Of a stretch of DNA of 64,000 nt, positions 27,767 to 39,361 are shown one piece after another; within the stretch, counting starts at the first letter, position 1, and every line of letters starts with the position of its first letter. A program made the translations under genes and the position numbers. This stretch comes from Pseudomonadota bacterium. Its GTDB lineage: Bacteria; Pseudomonadota; Alphaproteobacteria; RF32; CAG-239. The notes below the pieces were generated by a model. That model searched no databases. It was given only the letters and a program-made list of their open reading frames with translations, and was not told the DNA's origin. Where the stretch lies: positions 59,932-123,931 of the forward strand of contig CAKJXZ020000030.1 in NCBI GenBank assembly GCA_918234285.1, read 5' to 3'.

Positions 27767-28697
27767 TTCCATCGAGGATATGGTCGGTCATACCCCGCTG
27801 TTGCGCCTGAATAAGCTGAAAAAACTGCTTGGTCTGAATGCGGATATTCTGGCAAAATGCGAGTTTTATAATCCGATTTTTTCAATCAAAGACCGCGTGG
27901 CGCTGAATATGATAAACAAAGCGCCATTTTCCAAAATTAATAAAGACACTCTTTTCATTGAAGCAACTTCCGGCAATACCGGTGCGGCCCTGGCAGCTTT
28001 TTGTGCCGCCCGCGGCTATAAGTTGATTATCGTTATGCCGGAAAATATGACCGAAGAAAAAATCGCATTAATTCGCCAATTCGGCGCCGAAGTTATGCTG
28101 ACTCCGGCGGCCGAAGGCATGTCCGGCGCCATCAAAAAAGTTGCAATCTTAAAGGAGCGTTCTGCCAATATCATTGAATTTAAGCAGTTTGAAAATCCGG
28201 CTAACGTAGAAGCCCATAAACTTACTACCGGAGCAGAAATTTTAGAAGACACTGACGGCGCGGTTGATGCGATTGTTTGTGGTGTCGGCACTTCCGGAAC
28301 CTTGACCGGTGTTGCTTCTACTTTGCGAACGGTTAATCCCGATTTATATGTGATGGCGGTTGAGCCGGCAGAAAGTCCTGTATTGTCCGGCGGTAAAGCC
28401 GGTCCGCATCAAATCGGCGGCATCGGCGCCGGTTTTGTTCCGCCGCTTTATAACTCCGCTCTGGTTAACGAAGTATTCCCGGTAGCCTCAAAAGCAGCTC
28501 TGGAAATGACTAAAACCGTGGCTCACTCCGAAGGATTGCCGATAGGTGTTTCGGCAGCCGCTGCGGTTTGCGGTGCCGTCAACCTAGCACAGCGTCCGGA
28601 AATGAGCGGTAAAAATATTGTCGTCATTTTGCCGGACAGCGTTGAGCGTTACCTATCAAATCCTTTCTACAAGCATAAGGAGCCGATGGAAGAATAA
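27750..28697 (+). CDS. cysK: Cysteine synthase
   Basis: GHTPLL, SIKDR, EATSGNTG, GVGTSGT, HQIGGIGAG. Confidence 0.93.
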   Translation: MKKIYDSIEDMVGHTPLLRLNKLKKLLGLNADILAKCEFYNPIFSIKDRVALNMINKAPFSKINKDTLFIEATSGNTGAALAAFCAARGYKLIIVMPENMTEEKIALIRQFGAEVMLTPAAEGMSGAIKKVAILKERSANIIEFKQFENPANVEAHKLTTGAEILEDTDGAVDAIVCGVGTSGTLTGVASTLRTVNPDLYVMAVEPAESPVLSGGKAGPHQIGGIGAGFVPPLYNSALVNEVFPVASKAALEMTKTVAHSEGLPIGVSAAAAVCGAVNLAQRPEMSGKNIVVILPDSVERYLSNPFYKHKEPMEE

Positions 28698-29806
28698 TGA
28701 ACCTTTTTGCAATTTTGAGCCGCTATATTACCCGCCAGCTGATTGTAAACTTCTTCCTGGTTTTGTTTACAATCCTCGGCATTATTTTGATGTTTGACAC
28801 CATTGAAGCACTGCGTCGCGTTTCCGGTCGCGAAGATATTTCTTTCTGGTTTACGGTGCAATATGCCGTTACCCGCATTACCAAAACCGTGGAGATTGTA
28901 TTCCCGTTTGTGTTGATGGTGGCAGCAATGATAACTTTTTGGCGTCTGAGCAAAAACAACGAATTTGTGATTATTCGTTCTACGGGTGTTTCCATTTTCG
29001 GCTTTTTAAAACCGTTGATGGTGGCAACTTTCATTTTGGGTATGGCCAACGTTTTATTATTCAATCCGGTGGCGGCCAAAATGTTCGAATGGCACGAAGT
29101 TCTGTCTTATCGTCTGCAATCGCACAACCCGAATGCCGTTTTGTTTTCAAGCAAAGGTTTGTGGATTCGCGAAACCGATGAAGCGGGGCGAATTTTGCTG
29201 ATTCAGGCAAAGAGTTTACGTCAGGATGATGATAAGTCGGTTTGGATGCGTGATGTAACCATTACCGAATTGGATGAAAATTCGCAAATCAAGAAAAGTT
29301 ATAATGCTTCGTTTGCCACGCTGGATGGCAATACTTTCCACCTGAAAGACGTTAAAATCATGATAAACGGCGAGCCGGTACAAACACAATCTGACTATGC
29401 CTACGAAACCACCATCGACGTCCAAAGAATTAAGGATAATTTTATTGATCCGGAAGCAATTTCCTTCTGGCGCCTGCCCGATACCATCAATTTTTATGAA
29501 AAATCCGGCTTTTCGGCGCGATTGCATCGCATGCGGTTTCTTAATCTGCTGATATCACCGTTTTTGTTGGTCGGAATGTTAATGTTGGCAGCGGTATTTA
29601 TGTTGCAAAATACTCTGCGCGGTTCGGCAATTATGTGGCGCGTGGTCATCAGCATTGTTACCGGGTTTTCTTTTTATTTTCTGTCGCAGGTGGTCTACGC
29701 TTTTGGCGTAAACGGCTATATTCCGGTCTGGCTGTCGGTAGCGGCGCCGACCTTGATTATCTGGCTTATCAGCACCTCGTTACTCATTCAATCCGACGAA
29801 GTTTAG
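28697..29806 (+). CDS. lptG: LPS export ABC permease LptF/LptG family
   Basis: LSRYI, LSKNNEFVIIRSTGVS, GLWIRE, 3+3 TM layout. Confidence 0.85.
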   Translation: MNLFAILSRYITRQLIVNFFLVLFTILGIILMFDTIEALRRVSGREDISFWFTVQYAVTRITKTVEIVFPFVLMVAAMITFWRLSKNNEFVIIRSTGVSIFGFLKPLMVATFILGMANVLLFNPVAAKMFEWHEVLSYRLQSHNPNAVLFSSKGLWIRETDEAGRILLIQAKSLRQDDDKSVWMRDVTITELDENSQIKKSYNASFATLDGNTFHLKDVKIMINGEPVQTQSDYAYETTIDVQRIKDNFIDPEAISFWRLPDTINFYEKSGFSARLHRMRFLNLLISPFLLVGMLMLAAVFMLQNTLRGSAIMWRVVISIVTGFSFYFLSQVVYAFGVNGYIPVWLSVAAPTLIIWLISTSLLIQSDEV

Positions 29807-30012
29807 TGATATATTTAATCAGACACTTACAATCTGAGGCCAATTTAAAGCGTATTTGGGGCGGAGATTACCTATTGACGAGCAAGGGAATCAGAGATGT
29901 CGAATTAATCAAAAACCAAATATAAAAGCTGTTGCCGAACGGAAGCGTTTTAAGCATATATCCCGCCGGGACAATGGAAATCACTTATAACAAGCAAAAG
30001 ATTACTATCTGA
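29806..30012 (+). pseudogene. Histidine phosphatase family remnant
   Basis: IYLIRHLQSEAN...GGDYLLTSKG then stop at 29925; LPNGSVLSI fragment follows in frame. Confidence 0.6.
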
Positions 30013-30030
30013 AGATTTATACCAAATTAA

Positions 30031-30058
30031 AAAACCCGCCGAATTAACGACGGGTTTT
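30031..30058. terminator. Bidirectional terminator
   Basis: aaaacccgccg-aattaa-cgacgggtttt. Confidence 0.65.
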
Positions 30059-30075
30059 CTTTAGCGCTTGAAAAA

Positions 30076-31266
30076 TTATTTTTTCTTGGCCGGCTTTTTG
30101 GCAGTTGCTTTTTTAGCCGGAGCTTTTTTGGTTGCGGCTTTCTTGGACGGAGCCTTCTTAGTAACCGTTTTCTTAGCTGCTGCAGCTTTTTTCGGAGCCG
30201 CTTTTTTAGCCGTAGGTTTCTTCGATGCTGCCTTTTTAGCTGCCGGCTTCTTGGCGGCTACGGTTTTCTTAGTCGCAACCTTTTTAGCCGGGGCCTTTTT
30301 GGTTGCGGCCTTTTTAGCTACCGGCTTCTTAGCTGCCGCAGCCTTTTTCGGAGCTGCTTTTTTTGCTGTTGTTTTTTTAGTTGTCGTCTTCTTTGCTACC
30401 GTCTTTTTAGCGGCTGCGGTTTTCTTTGCGGCTGCCTTTTTAGCGGTTGTTTTTTTGGCGGCGGTTGTCTTTTTAGCTGTCGTCTTCTTGGCTACCGGCT
30501 TTTTAGCGGCTGCCTTTTTAGCGGTTGCTTTCTTAGCTGTAGCTTTTTTGGCAGTCGCTTTTTTAGTTGCAGTCTTCTTGACGGTTGCCTTCTTTTTAGC
30601 CGCGGTCTTCTTCACCGCTGTCTTTTTGGAAGCTGTCTTTTTAGCCGCGGCGGTCTTCTTCGCAGTTGTCTTCTTAGCGACCTTTTTAGCCGTCTTCTTC
30701 TTGGCGGCCTTTTTCTTGGTAGCTTTCTTGGCGCTCGTCTTTTTCTGCGAAGCCAAACGTGCTTCTTCTAATTCTTTTTCGCTGAAAAATCCGAGATGAA
30801 TTGCATTCTTCGGCTTCAAATCGGCAAATGCCGGATCCTTACTTTCTACACCAAAACGAATCTTTTTAATGGTGGTATCGGTTGTTTGCAATAAGCGACG
30901 GATTTCCTTGTCCGCAACTTCCGGATAATTGACCATAACCCACAAAATTGCCGCTTGCTTTTCGCTACGCTGTGTCGGCGACAAAACCTTTTTAGCCTTA
31001 GCATTATGTTCACGCACATCGTTTTCCAGCTTGTTTGGCACCAAATCTGCGGCCGCATCAGCTTCGCAACGATGAATTTCTTCCCATGAAAGCTGGCCGT
31101 TGTTTATCGGGCTCAAACCCTGAATATTCGAGGCAATATCGCCGTCGGCAATCGCCTGAATTTCCAATTCGTGAATTTCACAAAAATTTGCAATCTGACG
31201 GAAAGTCAGAGTTGTATTTTCAACCAGCCATACTGCCGTGGCTTTCGGCATTAAAGGAGCTGCCAT
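30076..31266 (-). CDS. DUF1013 (TrcR-like) protein fused to a histone-like Lys/Ala/Thr-rich tail
   Basis: [35 protein letters not shown]; ~225 aa of KKxAA-type repeats. Confidence 0.88.
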   Translation of the reverse strand: MAAPLMPKATAVWLVENTTLTFRQIANFCEIHELEIQAIADGDIASNIQGLSPINNGQLSWEEIHRCEADAAADLVPNKLENDVREHNAKAKKVLSPTQRSEKQAAILWVMVNYPEVADKEIRRLLQTTDTTIKKIRFGVESKDPAFADLKPKNAIHLGFFSEKELEEARLASQKKTSAKKATKKKAAKKKTAKKVAKKTTAKKTAAAKKTASKKTAVKKTAAKKKATVKKTATKKATAKKATAKKATAKKAAAKKPVAKKTTAKKTTAAKKTTAKKAAAKKTAAAKKTVAKKTTTKKTTAKKAAPKKAAAAKKPVAKKAATKKAPAKKVATKKTVAAKKPAAKKAASKKPTAKKAAPKKAAAAKKTVTKKAPSKKAATKKAPAKKATAKKPAKKK

Positions 31267-31402
31267 ATTTTTATCCTTTCATAAAAAACTTCTACTGTAT
31301 CTACAATAGACATGCAAATTATAATATACAAACATTTTTTTTATTTTATAAACGCAAAAAGCCCGCAAAATTGCAGGCTCAAGCTTTTGTTTCAAACCGA
31401 GA

Positions 31403-31630
31403 TTAGTTTGATTTCAAACCGAAAGCGGCAAACTTGCTGTTGAATTTGCCGACCTGACCGCCGTTATCAACAATACGGCGAACACCGGTCCACGCCGGAT
31501 GCGACTTTGGGTCGATTTCCAGCTTCATGGTATCGCCGGCCTTACCCCAAGTCGATTTGGTCTTAACTTCCGTTCCGTCTGTCATCACATAAGTAATCTC
31601 GTGATAATCCGGATGAATTCCCTTTTTCAT
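31403..31630 (-). CDS. rpmE: 50S ribosomal protein L31
   Basis: MKKGIHPDY...[11 protein letters not shown]. Confidence 0.97.
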   Translation of the reverse strand: MKKGIHPDYHEITYVMTDGTEVKTKSTWGKAGDTMKLEIDPKSHPAWTGVRRIVDNGGQVGKFNSKFAAFGLKSN

Positions 31631-31729
31631 TTTTCTCTCCACTTCAAATGCTTTACATAAGTTTTTACGCCTTTATACATTAAGCGATTTCAATATGCAA
31701 GCATTATTTTCACGATTTTTTAATTTTTT

Positions 31730-32518
31730 TCAGTTTTTCGCGATTGCCTCGGCAATTTTTTGCTTTAAGGCCTCATTGGTGGCAAAAATACTGCCGCCGA
31801 ACAACGCCTTTTGCAGGTTTTCCGAGCGGGTATCGGTTTCACCCGCGGCAAAAATGTAACCGCCCGCCTCTTTAACCAACAAAGCGCCCGCGCTCAATGT
31901 GCAAAAATCGCTTTTTACCGCAATCGCCGCATCGGTTTTACCGGCCGCGACATAAGCCAAATCCAGCACCGTTGTTCCGCTGATTCGCGGATTCGCGCTG
32001 ACGGCCAATGCGCTTTTGACCGCGCGCTCATCAGCATTGGCCGCAACCAATGCCTTATCGGAATTTTTAGCGGCTGCCACACGCAAACGCTCGTGATTGC
32101 GAAAACCCTCTTTGAAGGCACCGCTGCCTTTTTCGGCGAAAAACAGCTCGTCGTTAATCGGGCTGTAAACCACCGATGCCACGGCATTATTATCTTCAAT
32201 CAGTGCCGCCGCCAAAGCAAACGCCGCGTTGCCGTGCGCAAAATTGGCAAAGCCGTCAATCGGGCACACCGCAAAAAACTTACCGCTCGCCGGCAAGGCA
32301 TCCTGCGCCGCAAAAACCACCGGATATCCGGCTTTCACTTTACTCAATTCTTCACGCAGGATCTTCTGCACTTTTTCGTACGAGCGTTGCGCGAACGAAT
32401 TGTCGGCATGCACCGAATTTTGCAAATGCTCCAATTCGTTAAAATCACGTCCCAAAGCCGCTGCCGCTTTTTTCACGGCACCAATCATCAGGTTCAATGT
32501 TGGGGAAATATAAGCCAT
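31730..32518 (-). CDS. suhB: Inositol monophosphatase family protein
   Basis: LGRDFNELEHLQ, PIDGFANFAHG, LDLAYVAAG, LLVKEAGG; metal-binding motifs partly degenerate. Confidence 0.82.
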   Translation of the reverse strand: MAYISPTLNLMIGAVKKAAAALGRDFNELEHLQNSVHADNSFAQRSYEKVQKILREELSKVKAGYPVVFAAQDALPASGKFFAVCPIDGFANFAHGNAAFALAAALIEDNNAVASVVYSPINDELFFAEKGSGAFKEGFRNHERLRVAAAKNSDKALVAANADERAVKSALAVSANPRISGTTVLDLAYVAAGKTDAAIAVKSDFCTLSAGALLVKEAGGYIFAAGETDTRSENLQKALFGGSIFATNEALKQKIAEAIAKN

Positions 32519-33081
32519 TATTTTGCTCTTTCCACATAATTGGCTTCGGATGTGCCGACCACGATTTTATCTCCCACGTTAATAAACGGCGGAACACCGA
32601 TGCGAACACCGTTATCCAAAATTGCCGGTTTATATGACGAAGAAACAGTCTGACCTTTCAGCGCCGGTTCGGTTTCTACCACGGTGCAAACAACCTGCAA
32701 CGGCAAATCAACCGAAATCGGACGACCGTCAATATAAGAAACGCGAACTTGCATACCGTCGGTCAAGAACGGACGGGCATCGCCCAAAATATCGGCCGGC
32801 ATCGAGAATTGCTCGAATGTATCGTTTTCCATAAAAGTCAAACCGGCAGAATCTTCAAACAAGAATTGGCAATCGCGGTCTTCAACCATCAGCTTTTCCA
32901 CCGTATCTTCGGTACGGAAACGCTCGTTGGTTTTGGTGCCGGCTTCAACTTCTTTCATTTCTACCTGCATAAACGCGCCGCCCTTACCCGGTTTAATGTG
33001 TACGGCCTTGGTAATGGTCCACGGTTTGCCCTTATATTCGATAACCCAGCCGATTCTGATGGCTCCTGCAAGTTGTTTCAT
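32518..33081 (-). CDS. efp: Elongation factor P
   Basis: KPGKGGAF, YKPAILDNG, VPPFI. Confidence 0.97.
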   Translation of the reverse strand: MKQLAGAIRIGWVIEYKGKPWTITKAVHIKPGKGGAFMQVEMKEVEAGTKTNERFRTEDTVEKLMVEDRDCQFLFEDSAGLTFMENDTFEQFSMPADILGDARPFLTDGMQVRVSYIDGRPISVDLPLQVVCTVVETEPALKGQTVSSSYKPAILDNGVRIGVPPFINVGDKIVVGTSEANYVERAK

Positions 33082-33174
33082 ATTAGTATCTCCTATTCAC
33101 AATTTTAAAAATGATTGATTTATTTCAAGCGTTAAACGATTCGCTTTGATGAGCGCAACATAAAATATTTTTTT

Positions 33175-33699
33175 TTATTTGGCAAGCAGAATCGTATACT
33201 TCACGTCATCTAAAATAATAAAGTCGGCGTTGAGGGCGGAGAAGTCGCAATCATCTTCAATTTGCGCCGCGTTCTGAATCAAAAACAATTCGCCGTACCA
33301 ATCGAGCAATTCCTTATTGGATTCGAAACCGTCTTTCCAAAACTTAAAAATCACAAAATCCGGCTCGCATTCGCTGACAAGCATTGCTTCGTGACGCCGG
33401 TTGCGCGTCACTACCCCGAGCACCGCTTTTTGGGCTTTTTTCTGCACTTCTTTGATTGCTTTGGCCGGATTCGCCTCTTTTGCGGTATTTAAAATCAGCC
33501 CGTCGGGATTATATTGCAAATAAAAATCGAGCGCTTTTTCGCCCTCGGCCAACACCAATTTGCCAGCTGCCTGTGCCCGTTTGATAAACTCTGCCGCAAA
33601 CTCCGGCGAAGTTGTATCCGGCAAAATAAAACAGCCGATTTCGGCCCGATTTAACAGCTTAAAATTTTCTTGCGTAATTCTGACGATAAAGTTTTGCAT
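33175..33699 (-). CDS. ThiE-like TIM-barrel protein (divergent)
   Basis: DGL, NRRHEAM...PDFVIF, LLDWY; syntenic upstream of efp. Confidence 0.65.
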   Translation of the reverse strand: MQNFIVRITQENFKLLNRAEIGCFILPDTTSPEFAAEFIKRAQAAGKLVLAEGEKALDFYLQYNPDGLILNTAKEANPAKAIKEVQKKAQKAVLGVVTRNRRHEAMLVSECEPDFVIFKFWKDGFESNKELLDWYGELFLIQNAAQIEDDCDFSALNADFIILDDVKYTILLAK

Positions 33700-33777
33700 T
33701 TTAAAAATCTTTGTGTTACCAATGTTAATATATGGTTAAATATACAACAATTTTGCAGAAAGGAAAGTGTTTTTATT

Positions 33778-34437
33778 ATGGTTATGGAAAATATGGAACA
33801 GAGCCGCAATTCTCTCATTCGTTTAAATAATATCATTGATGAACTGGCCGCAGCCGTCGCTCAGCAAAAGCAGCGCTATGCCCAAATGCTGGCAGAACAG
33901 AAAAATCAAAAAGATGCGGCCGAAGCCAGAGTTGCCGTTTTAGAAACACAAACCCAAGCTCTTGCCGACGAAAAGGAAAAATTGCACGTTGAATTAATCG
34001 CGCTGCAAAACAACACCGAAGCCGCCGACAAGGTTAAAGAATTGCAAGCCGAGGCCGAAGCCCGCAACAATAAAATGAACGGCTTACAAACCGAAATCCA
34101 GAATTTGAACACTGCTTTGAACAATCGCAAAACGCAAATTGAAGAATTGACCGCCCAAAATAACGAATTAAAACAGCAGTTTGCCGCCGCGCAAGGCCGT
34201 ATTGCCGAACTGGAGAATGCCGCCGCTGCCGCAAACAATGCCGATGCACAAATTCAGGCGCGTTTAGATGAAGCGTTAAAGCAGAAAGACGAATTAACGC
34301 AGAATTATCAACAGGCTGAACAAAAAATTGCCGAAATGCAACAAACCATAACTCAAACCACCGAAAACATCGATGATGTTGTCGCCAGATTAGAAAAGGT
34401 ATTGGAAGACCATGGGACAAGTGACAATAACAATTGA
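33778..34437 (+). CDS. Long coiled-coil protein upstream of zapA (ZapB/DUF4164-like position)
   Basis: Heptad-rich sequence overlapping the zapA start. Confidence 0.7.
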   Translation: MVMENMEQSRNSLIRLNNIIDELAAAVAQQKQRYAQMLAEQKNQKDAAEARVAVLETQTQALADEKEKLHVELIALQNNTEAADKVKELQAEAEARNNKMNGLQTEIQNLNTALNNRKTQIEELTAQNNELKQQFAAAQGRIAELENAAAAANNADAQIQARLDEALKQKDELTQNYQQAEQKIAEMQQTITQTTENIDDVVARLEKVLEDHGTSDNNN

Positions 34438-34729
34438 TAAGCGCGAATATGTGATTGCCTGCGGAGACGGTCAGGAAGCACATATTATGAAACTGTCGCG
34501 CATTTTGGATGAGAAAGCCAAGCAGCTCTCCGCCAATTCCGCCACCATTAACGAGAATATGAAACTGGCGATGGTCGGTTTGTTGTTAGCCGATGAACTC
34601 TCCGATATTACCGCCGGCAAAGCAGTCGAATTTGATTCCCCGGATAAAATTCGCCACGCCGATGCCGAGGCCGCTCAAGTCATCGATTCGCAAACGGCTA
34701 AAATTGCGCAAATTCTGCAAAATATCTGA
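34412..34729 (+). CDS. zapA: Cell division protein ZapA
   Basis: MGQVTITID.REY.IACGDGQE.H...GLLLADEL. Confidence 0.92.
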   Translation: MGQVTITIDKREYVIACGDGQEAHIMKLSRILDEKAKQLSANSATINENMKLAMVGLLLADELSDITAGKAVEFDSPDKIRHADAEAAQVIDSQTAKIAQILQNI

Positions 34730-34810
34730 TTTGCGTCGTTTCGGCCACTTTTGTCCGTTTTTTTTGCTTGTAAAATCAAATGATTTATGTTACAGTAAAA
34801 TCATAAATAG

Positions 34811-34964
34811 GAAGACTGTCTGACGCGTATTAACCGCATGTCTCTCGAGCCAACATTATCAATTCGGGAACTGTCTCTGTCCGGATCGTGGTCCGGTTAT
34901 ATGGTGCCCACCTAGTAACAAGCGGTTCGGTCTGAATGTAAGAGCATACGGTCAGACGGTTTTC
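34811..34964 (+). ncRNA. ssrS: 6S RNA
   Basis: Closing stem gaagactgtctgac/gtcagacggttttc, internal gggaactgtc...ggtgcccacct; canonical position after zapA. Confidence 0.85.
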
Positions 34965-34976
34965 TCTTTTTAAATT

Positions 34977-36068
34977 CTACCCTTGTGCGCTCTCAAAATT
35001 AATCCGCGGATCAACCAGCGAATAAGTCAAATCGCTGATTAGTTTCAAAATCAATCCCAATAGTCCGAAAATATATAGCGTACCGAACACCACCGGATAG
35101 TCGCGGGTGGTAATGGCTTCATAACCGAGTAAACCCAAACCGTTGAGCGAGAAAATCACCTCAATCAACAACGAGCCGGTAAACAGCATTTTAATCAAAA
35201 GCGACGGAAATCCGGCAATGATAATCAACATGGCGTTGCGGAAAACGTGGCCGTACAAAATCTTATTTTCCGGCACCCCTTTAGCCCGCGCCGTCAGCAC
35301 ATATTGCTTATTTATTTCATCCAAAAACGAGTTCTTGGTCAACATGGTCAAACCGGCAAAACCGCCGATGACAATCGTCAGCACCGGCAACGTAATATGC
35401 CGAAAATAATCCAAAATTTTTGCGCCCAGGCTCAAGCTGTCCCAATTATCCGACACCAACCCGCGCAGCGGAAACCATTGCCAATAAACCCCGCCGGCGA
35501 AAAACACAATAAAAAACACCGCCAGCAAAAATACCGGCATTGCCGAGCCCACCACAATCATAAACGAGGTAATCATATCAAATTTGGATCCGTCCTTTTG
35601 TGCCTTGCGGATTCCCAGCGGAATGGCAATCAGATAAATAATCAGCGTTGACCACAACCCGAGCGAAATTGATACCGGCAAACGTTCCTTAATCAGCTCG
35701 GTAATGGTTTTATCACGATAATAACTTTTGCCGAAATCAAAACACAGATAATCTTTAATCATCTTACCGTAACGATAATACCACGGCTTATCAAATCCGA
35801 ACTGCTTCTCCAAAGCCTTAATCAAATCTTCCGGCACCCCTTGCGCCCCCACATATTTTGAAGATGAGGATTCGGTCGAAGCACTGCTATTTACTTCCGC
35901 CGTGCCGGTAATCTGCGACTTTGCATCGGTATTCATCCCGCGATATTGCGCCAATACATAATCCACCGGGCCTCCCGGTGCCAGCTGGATAATGGCAAAG
36001 TTTACGGTAATAATGCCTAACAAAGTAAACGGAATCAGTAACAATCGTTTTAATATATAGCGGCGCAT
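34977..36068 (-). CDS. yejB: Peptide/microcin C ABC transporter permease
   Basis: [46 protein letters not shown]. Confidence 0.92.
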   Translation of the reverse strand: MRRYILKRLLLIPFTLLGIITVNFAIIQLAPGGPVDYVLAQYRGMNTDAKSQITGTAEVNSSASTESSSSKYVGAQGVPEDLIKALEKQFGFDKPWYYRYGKMIKDYLCFDFGKSYYRDKTITELIKERLPVSISLGLWSTLIIYLIAIPLGIRKAQKDGSKFDMITSFMIVVGSAMPVFLLAVFFIVFFAGGVYWQWFPLRGLVSDNWDSLSLGAKILDYFRHITLPVLTIVIGGFAGLTMLTKNSFLDEINKQYVLTARAKGVPENKILYGHVFRNAMLIIIAGFPSLLIKMLFTGSLLIEVIFSLNGLGLLGYEAITTRDYPVVFGTLYIFGLLGLILKLISDLTYSLVDPRINFESAQG

Positions 36069-36069
36069 C

Positions 36070-37863
36070 TTACTTCTCCTTTATCCACCAGGTAAACGGT
36101 TGAAACCCGACCTTGATATCGGTTTGCGGCTGCCCGAATTTATCATGATAAGCCACCCGCGAATACGGCGAATACCACTGAAAAATCATATAATTTTCGT
36201 GCAACAATACCCTGTCGAGCGCTTTGACATACGCCACATAATCCGCCTTTTCCTGAGCCGAAACCAACCCTTTAATCAGCGCATCAACCACTTCGTTTTT
36301 AATGCCGATAATATTGTTACTTCCCTTAATATCGGCAGATTCACTACCCCAATAATCGCGCTGTTCGTTGCCCGGCATTTGCGACACCCGATACGACACA
36401 ATCGCCATATCAAAATCAAAATTATCCAAGCGATTTTTGAAAATATTTACTTCCAAATTGCGAAACACCGCCTTAATTCCGATTTTGCGCAAGTTCTCGA
36501 TAAACGGCAACATCACTTTGGTAAAGGTTGCTCCGTTGGCGGAATTACTCAAAATCTCCAGCTCCAGCGGTTCGCCGGTTTTAAGGTTGGTCATCTTGGA
36601 GTCAACAAAATCATACCCGGCCTCGCGCAACAAAGCCACCGCCTTTTTCAGGTTTTCACGGGAATCATAGATATCCGGATTCGTGGTCAACTCATACGGT
36701 TTTGTAAACACTTCCTCCGGCAACTTATCGCGATATTGTTCCAAAATTGCCAACTCTCTGCCCTGCGGCAAACCGGTTGCTTCCATACCGGTATTGGTAA
36801 AATAGCTGAACAGCCGCTTATATTGATTATAAAACAGTTTTTCGTTGGCCCATTCAAAATTGAAAGCCAAATCGATAGCCTTGCGCACCCGCCGGTCCTT
36901 AAATTTGTCGCGCCGCACGTTATAGGCAAAATTTTGCAAAGTCGCCGGATTATTATGCTCGATATTTTCTTTTTTGATGGCACCGGATTTGATTAAATCG
37001 TTATCATAACCGGTCATCCAAATCTTGGCAATATATTCCTCGCGGGCATCAATATCACCCGAATACAGCGCTTGCAAAGTGACTGTCGTATCCTGGTAAT
37101 AGTCGTAACGAATGGTGTCAAAATTATTAAACCCGCGCTGCGACGGTAAATCTTTGCCCCAATAATCCGGATTTTTTTGCAACTCCACAAACTTGTTTAC
37201 CTGAAAATCCTTCACCACATACGGGCCGCTCCCGAGCGGAACTTGCAATGTCGGCTTATCAAATTCGCGTCCATCCCAATCCTTTTGCGAAAAAATCGCA
37301 AACTGCGCCAAAATCATCGGCAATTCTTTATTGTTGCTGCCTTCTTTGAAATAAAAACGCACTTCCCGCTCACCGACTTTCTCCACGCGGTCGACATCGC
37401 CGTAATACATTCGATAAATCGGCGAGCCTTTTTCAATAATGGCATTGAAGCTGAACACCACATCATCGGCAGTTACGGGCGTACCGTCAGAAAACTTTGC
37501 TTTTTTGTTCAGAATAAAACCGACATAACTCTTATCGTCCGGCATATCAAATTTTTCAGCCAACAACGGATATACCGTAAACGGATCATCGGTCGGCGAA
37601 GTGCCGAGTGTTTCCAAACTCAAACCAGCCACAAAAGTTGCTGCCACACCCTTAAAAATATACGGATTGAAATTATCAAACGTGCCGTATGCCGGCAACA
37701 CGATTTTTCCGCCCTGCGGCGCTTGCGGATTAACATATTCAAATGCCTTAAAATCGCCGTTATACTTTGCCTCACCGTATAATGCAATTCGGTCGACGAT
37801 TTTGGCCTGCACGCCCCAAACGGCGCAAATCCATATCAGACTAGCCGTTATAATTGTTTTCAT
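36070..37863 (-). CDS. yejA: Peptide ABC transporter substrate-binding protein
   Basis: GEAKY..DF..F.YVNP.AP.GG, FD.FNPY, PLGSGPY, ALDRVLL; signal peptide from ATG 37863. Confidence 0.9.
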   Translation of the reverse strand: MKTIITASLIWICAVWGVQAKIVDRIALYGEAKYNGDFKAFEYVNPQAPQGGKIVLPAYGTFDNFNPYIFKGVAATFVAGLSLETLGTSPTDDPFTVYPLLAEKFDMPDDKSYVGFILNKKAKFSDGTPVTADDVVFSFNAIIEKGSPIYRMYYGDVDRVEKVGEREVRFYFKEGSNNKELPMILAQFAIFSQKDWDGREFDKPTLQVPLGSGPYVVKDFQVNKFVELQKNPDYWGKDLPSQRGFNNFDTIRYDYYQDTTVTLQALYSGDIDAREEYIAKIWMTGYDNDLIKSGAIKKENIEHNNPATLQNFAYNVRRDKFKDRRVRKAIDLAFNFEWANEKLFYNQYKRLFSYFTNTGMEATGLPQGRELAILEQYRDKLPEEVFTKPYELTTNPDIYDSRENLKKAVALLREAGYDFVDSKMTNLKTGEPLELEILSNSANGATFTKVMLPFIENLRKIGIKAVFRNLEVNIFKNRLDNFDFDMAIVSYRVSQMPGNEQRDYWGSESADIKGSNNIIGIKNEVVDALIKGLVSAQEKADYVAYVKALDRVLLHENYMIFQWYSPYSRVAYHDKFGQPQTDIKVGFQPFTWWIKEK

Positions 37864-39196
37864 CTGTCCAACCGCCGAAAGGATATACCAAATCTTCGTC
37901 TTTTTCTTCTTGTTTTTGCGATTGCGGCTGCGGCATACTCTGAACCGCGGCAACAACAGGCTCCGCCGGAGCTGCTGCCGAAAACTCGGTATCCGTCGGA
38001 TAATCCGGATTATTTTCGTTTTGCGCCCTGAGCGAATTAAGCGTGTTTTGCAAATTACCGAAAGAAGGTGCCGATATTTCCCTTTCCATCGGCTGTGGCA
38101 CTTCGGCGCGCAGAGTAGGTTCGCTGTTTTCCTCACCAAAAGAAGGCTCTAATCCGCCGCCTGCAAACGGTGATTGTTCCATTCCTGCCCCGCCGTTGAA
38201 ACTATTGTGCAGTGCCTGAAAGAACGGATCTGCTTCATCTTCCTCATTTTGTGCCGTGTCGAATTCACGAGAAGCAAACGGATTAAAGCGCGCAAAAAAC
38301 GACGGACGTTTTTTAGCCTTTACCAGCTCATCGTCGGCACGTTGATCCTCGATTTCATCGTCATCTCGATCAACATTTACTATCGTTTCGGTAGCTTTCG
38401 GTTCTTCCATATTGGCCAATTTCAAAACCGATGCATAATCGTTGGTTTTATGTTCCGGCACCGATTGCGGAGCGCGCTCCTGAGTATTTGCCGCCAAACC
38501 CTTAATGCCGTCGCTGAGCGGTGCAATAATCGAATATACTTTGCCGTAAACCCCGCTCTCAATCATACTTAGGAAAATTCTGTCACGGTCGTGCTTTTCA
38601 AGCATTTGCAAAAGATTTTGGTAGCGCGAACAAAACTCCAGCAACGAACCGCGAAACACCTTGTCGCGATTAGCCTTTTCGCGTACCCACGCATCAAATG
38701 TGCTCTGATTTTTGCTGGCATCCAAAATCGCCTTACCGAGCGACCACTTTTCGCCTCGACGCACCCGTTGCCACAACAAATCAAGTTGCGCCGACGAAGC
38801 AATATTGCAGCGCTGGATAATCTCGCTCAGCGTTTCATTCATATCTTGGATAAATACATCAAATTTATTCAACACAAAACCGTCCTTAATTTCGTGTTCG
38901 GCATCAAGCATAACCCGCACCACCAAATCAGTATAGTCCTGATTCTTCTGCAGTTGCGTCAATAATTCCGATTGTTTACGATTCATCGCCCGATTGGATA
39001 AAAACTGACTGAAATAACCGAACACCATCCAAATAACCAAAATCGGCAACACTACAACGGAAAGCAACACCAACATCGTCTGCGGATCCTGCTCCATCAA
39101 ATGTTCCTCCGCCAATTTGGAGTTGGCAAACATAACGGCATAAATCAGCCAAATCGCCGATGAAAAAACTGCCGAAAAGAAAGCAAAAAACAGCAT
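37841..39196 (-). CDS. Membrane-anchored hypothetical protein with acidic disordered C-terminus
   Basis: Two N-terminal TM helices; overlaps the yejA start. Confidence 0.7.
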   Translation of the reverse strand: MLFFAFFSAVFSSAIWLIYAVMFANSKLAEEHLMEQDPQTMLVLLSVVVLPILVIWMVFGYFSQFLSNRAMNRKQSELLTQLQKNQDYTDLVVRVMLDAEHEIKDGFVLNKFDVFIQDMNETLSEIIQRCNIASSAQLDLLWQRVRRGEKWSLGKAILDASKNQSTFDAWVREKANRDKVFRGSLLEFCSRYQNLLQMLEKHDRDRIFLSMIESGVYGKVYSIIAPLSDGIKGLAANTQERAPQSVPEHKTNDYASVLKLANMEEPKATETIVNVDRDDDEIEDQRADDELVKAKKRPSFFARFNPFASREFDTAQNEEDEADPFFQALHNSFNGGAGMEQSPFAGGGLEPSFGEENSEPTLRAEVPQPMEREISAPSFGNLQNTLNSLRAQNENNPDYPTDTEFSAAAPAEPVVAAVQSMPQPQSQKQEEKDEDLVYPFGGWTDENNYNG

Positions 39197-39361
39197 ATTT
39201 ATCCCTTTTTACAAAAAACATTCTCAAACTTTGCCCCATAATATCAGTAATTCGCAAATTTTTTATTAAGAAATCAACAAACATCAACAAATAAAAAAAT
39301 AAACACTAAACATTTCAAAAAATTGTGATAAACTGCCAGCGTTAACATAATGAGGTAAAAA

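Noticed and set aside
30068-30799. 243-aa hydrophobic ORF (FLAAAF repeats) on the + strand
   Set aside because: Antisense shadow of the Lys/Ala-rich tail of the DUF1013 gene.
37864-38139. N-terminal extension making YejA 689 aa
   Set aside because: It overlaps the upstream gene; a signal peptide starts at ATG 37863.
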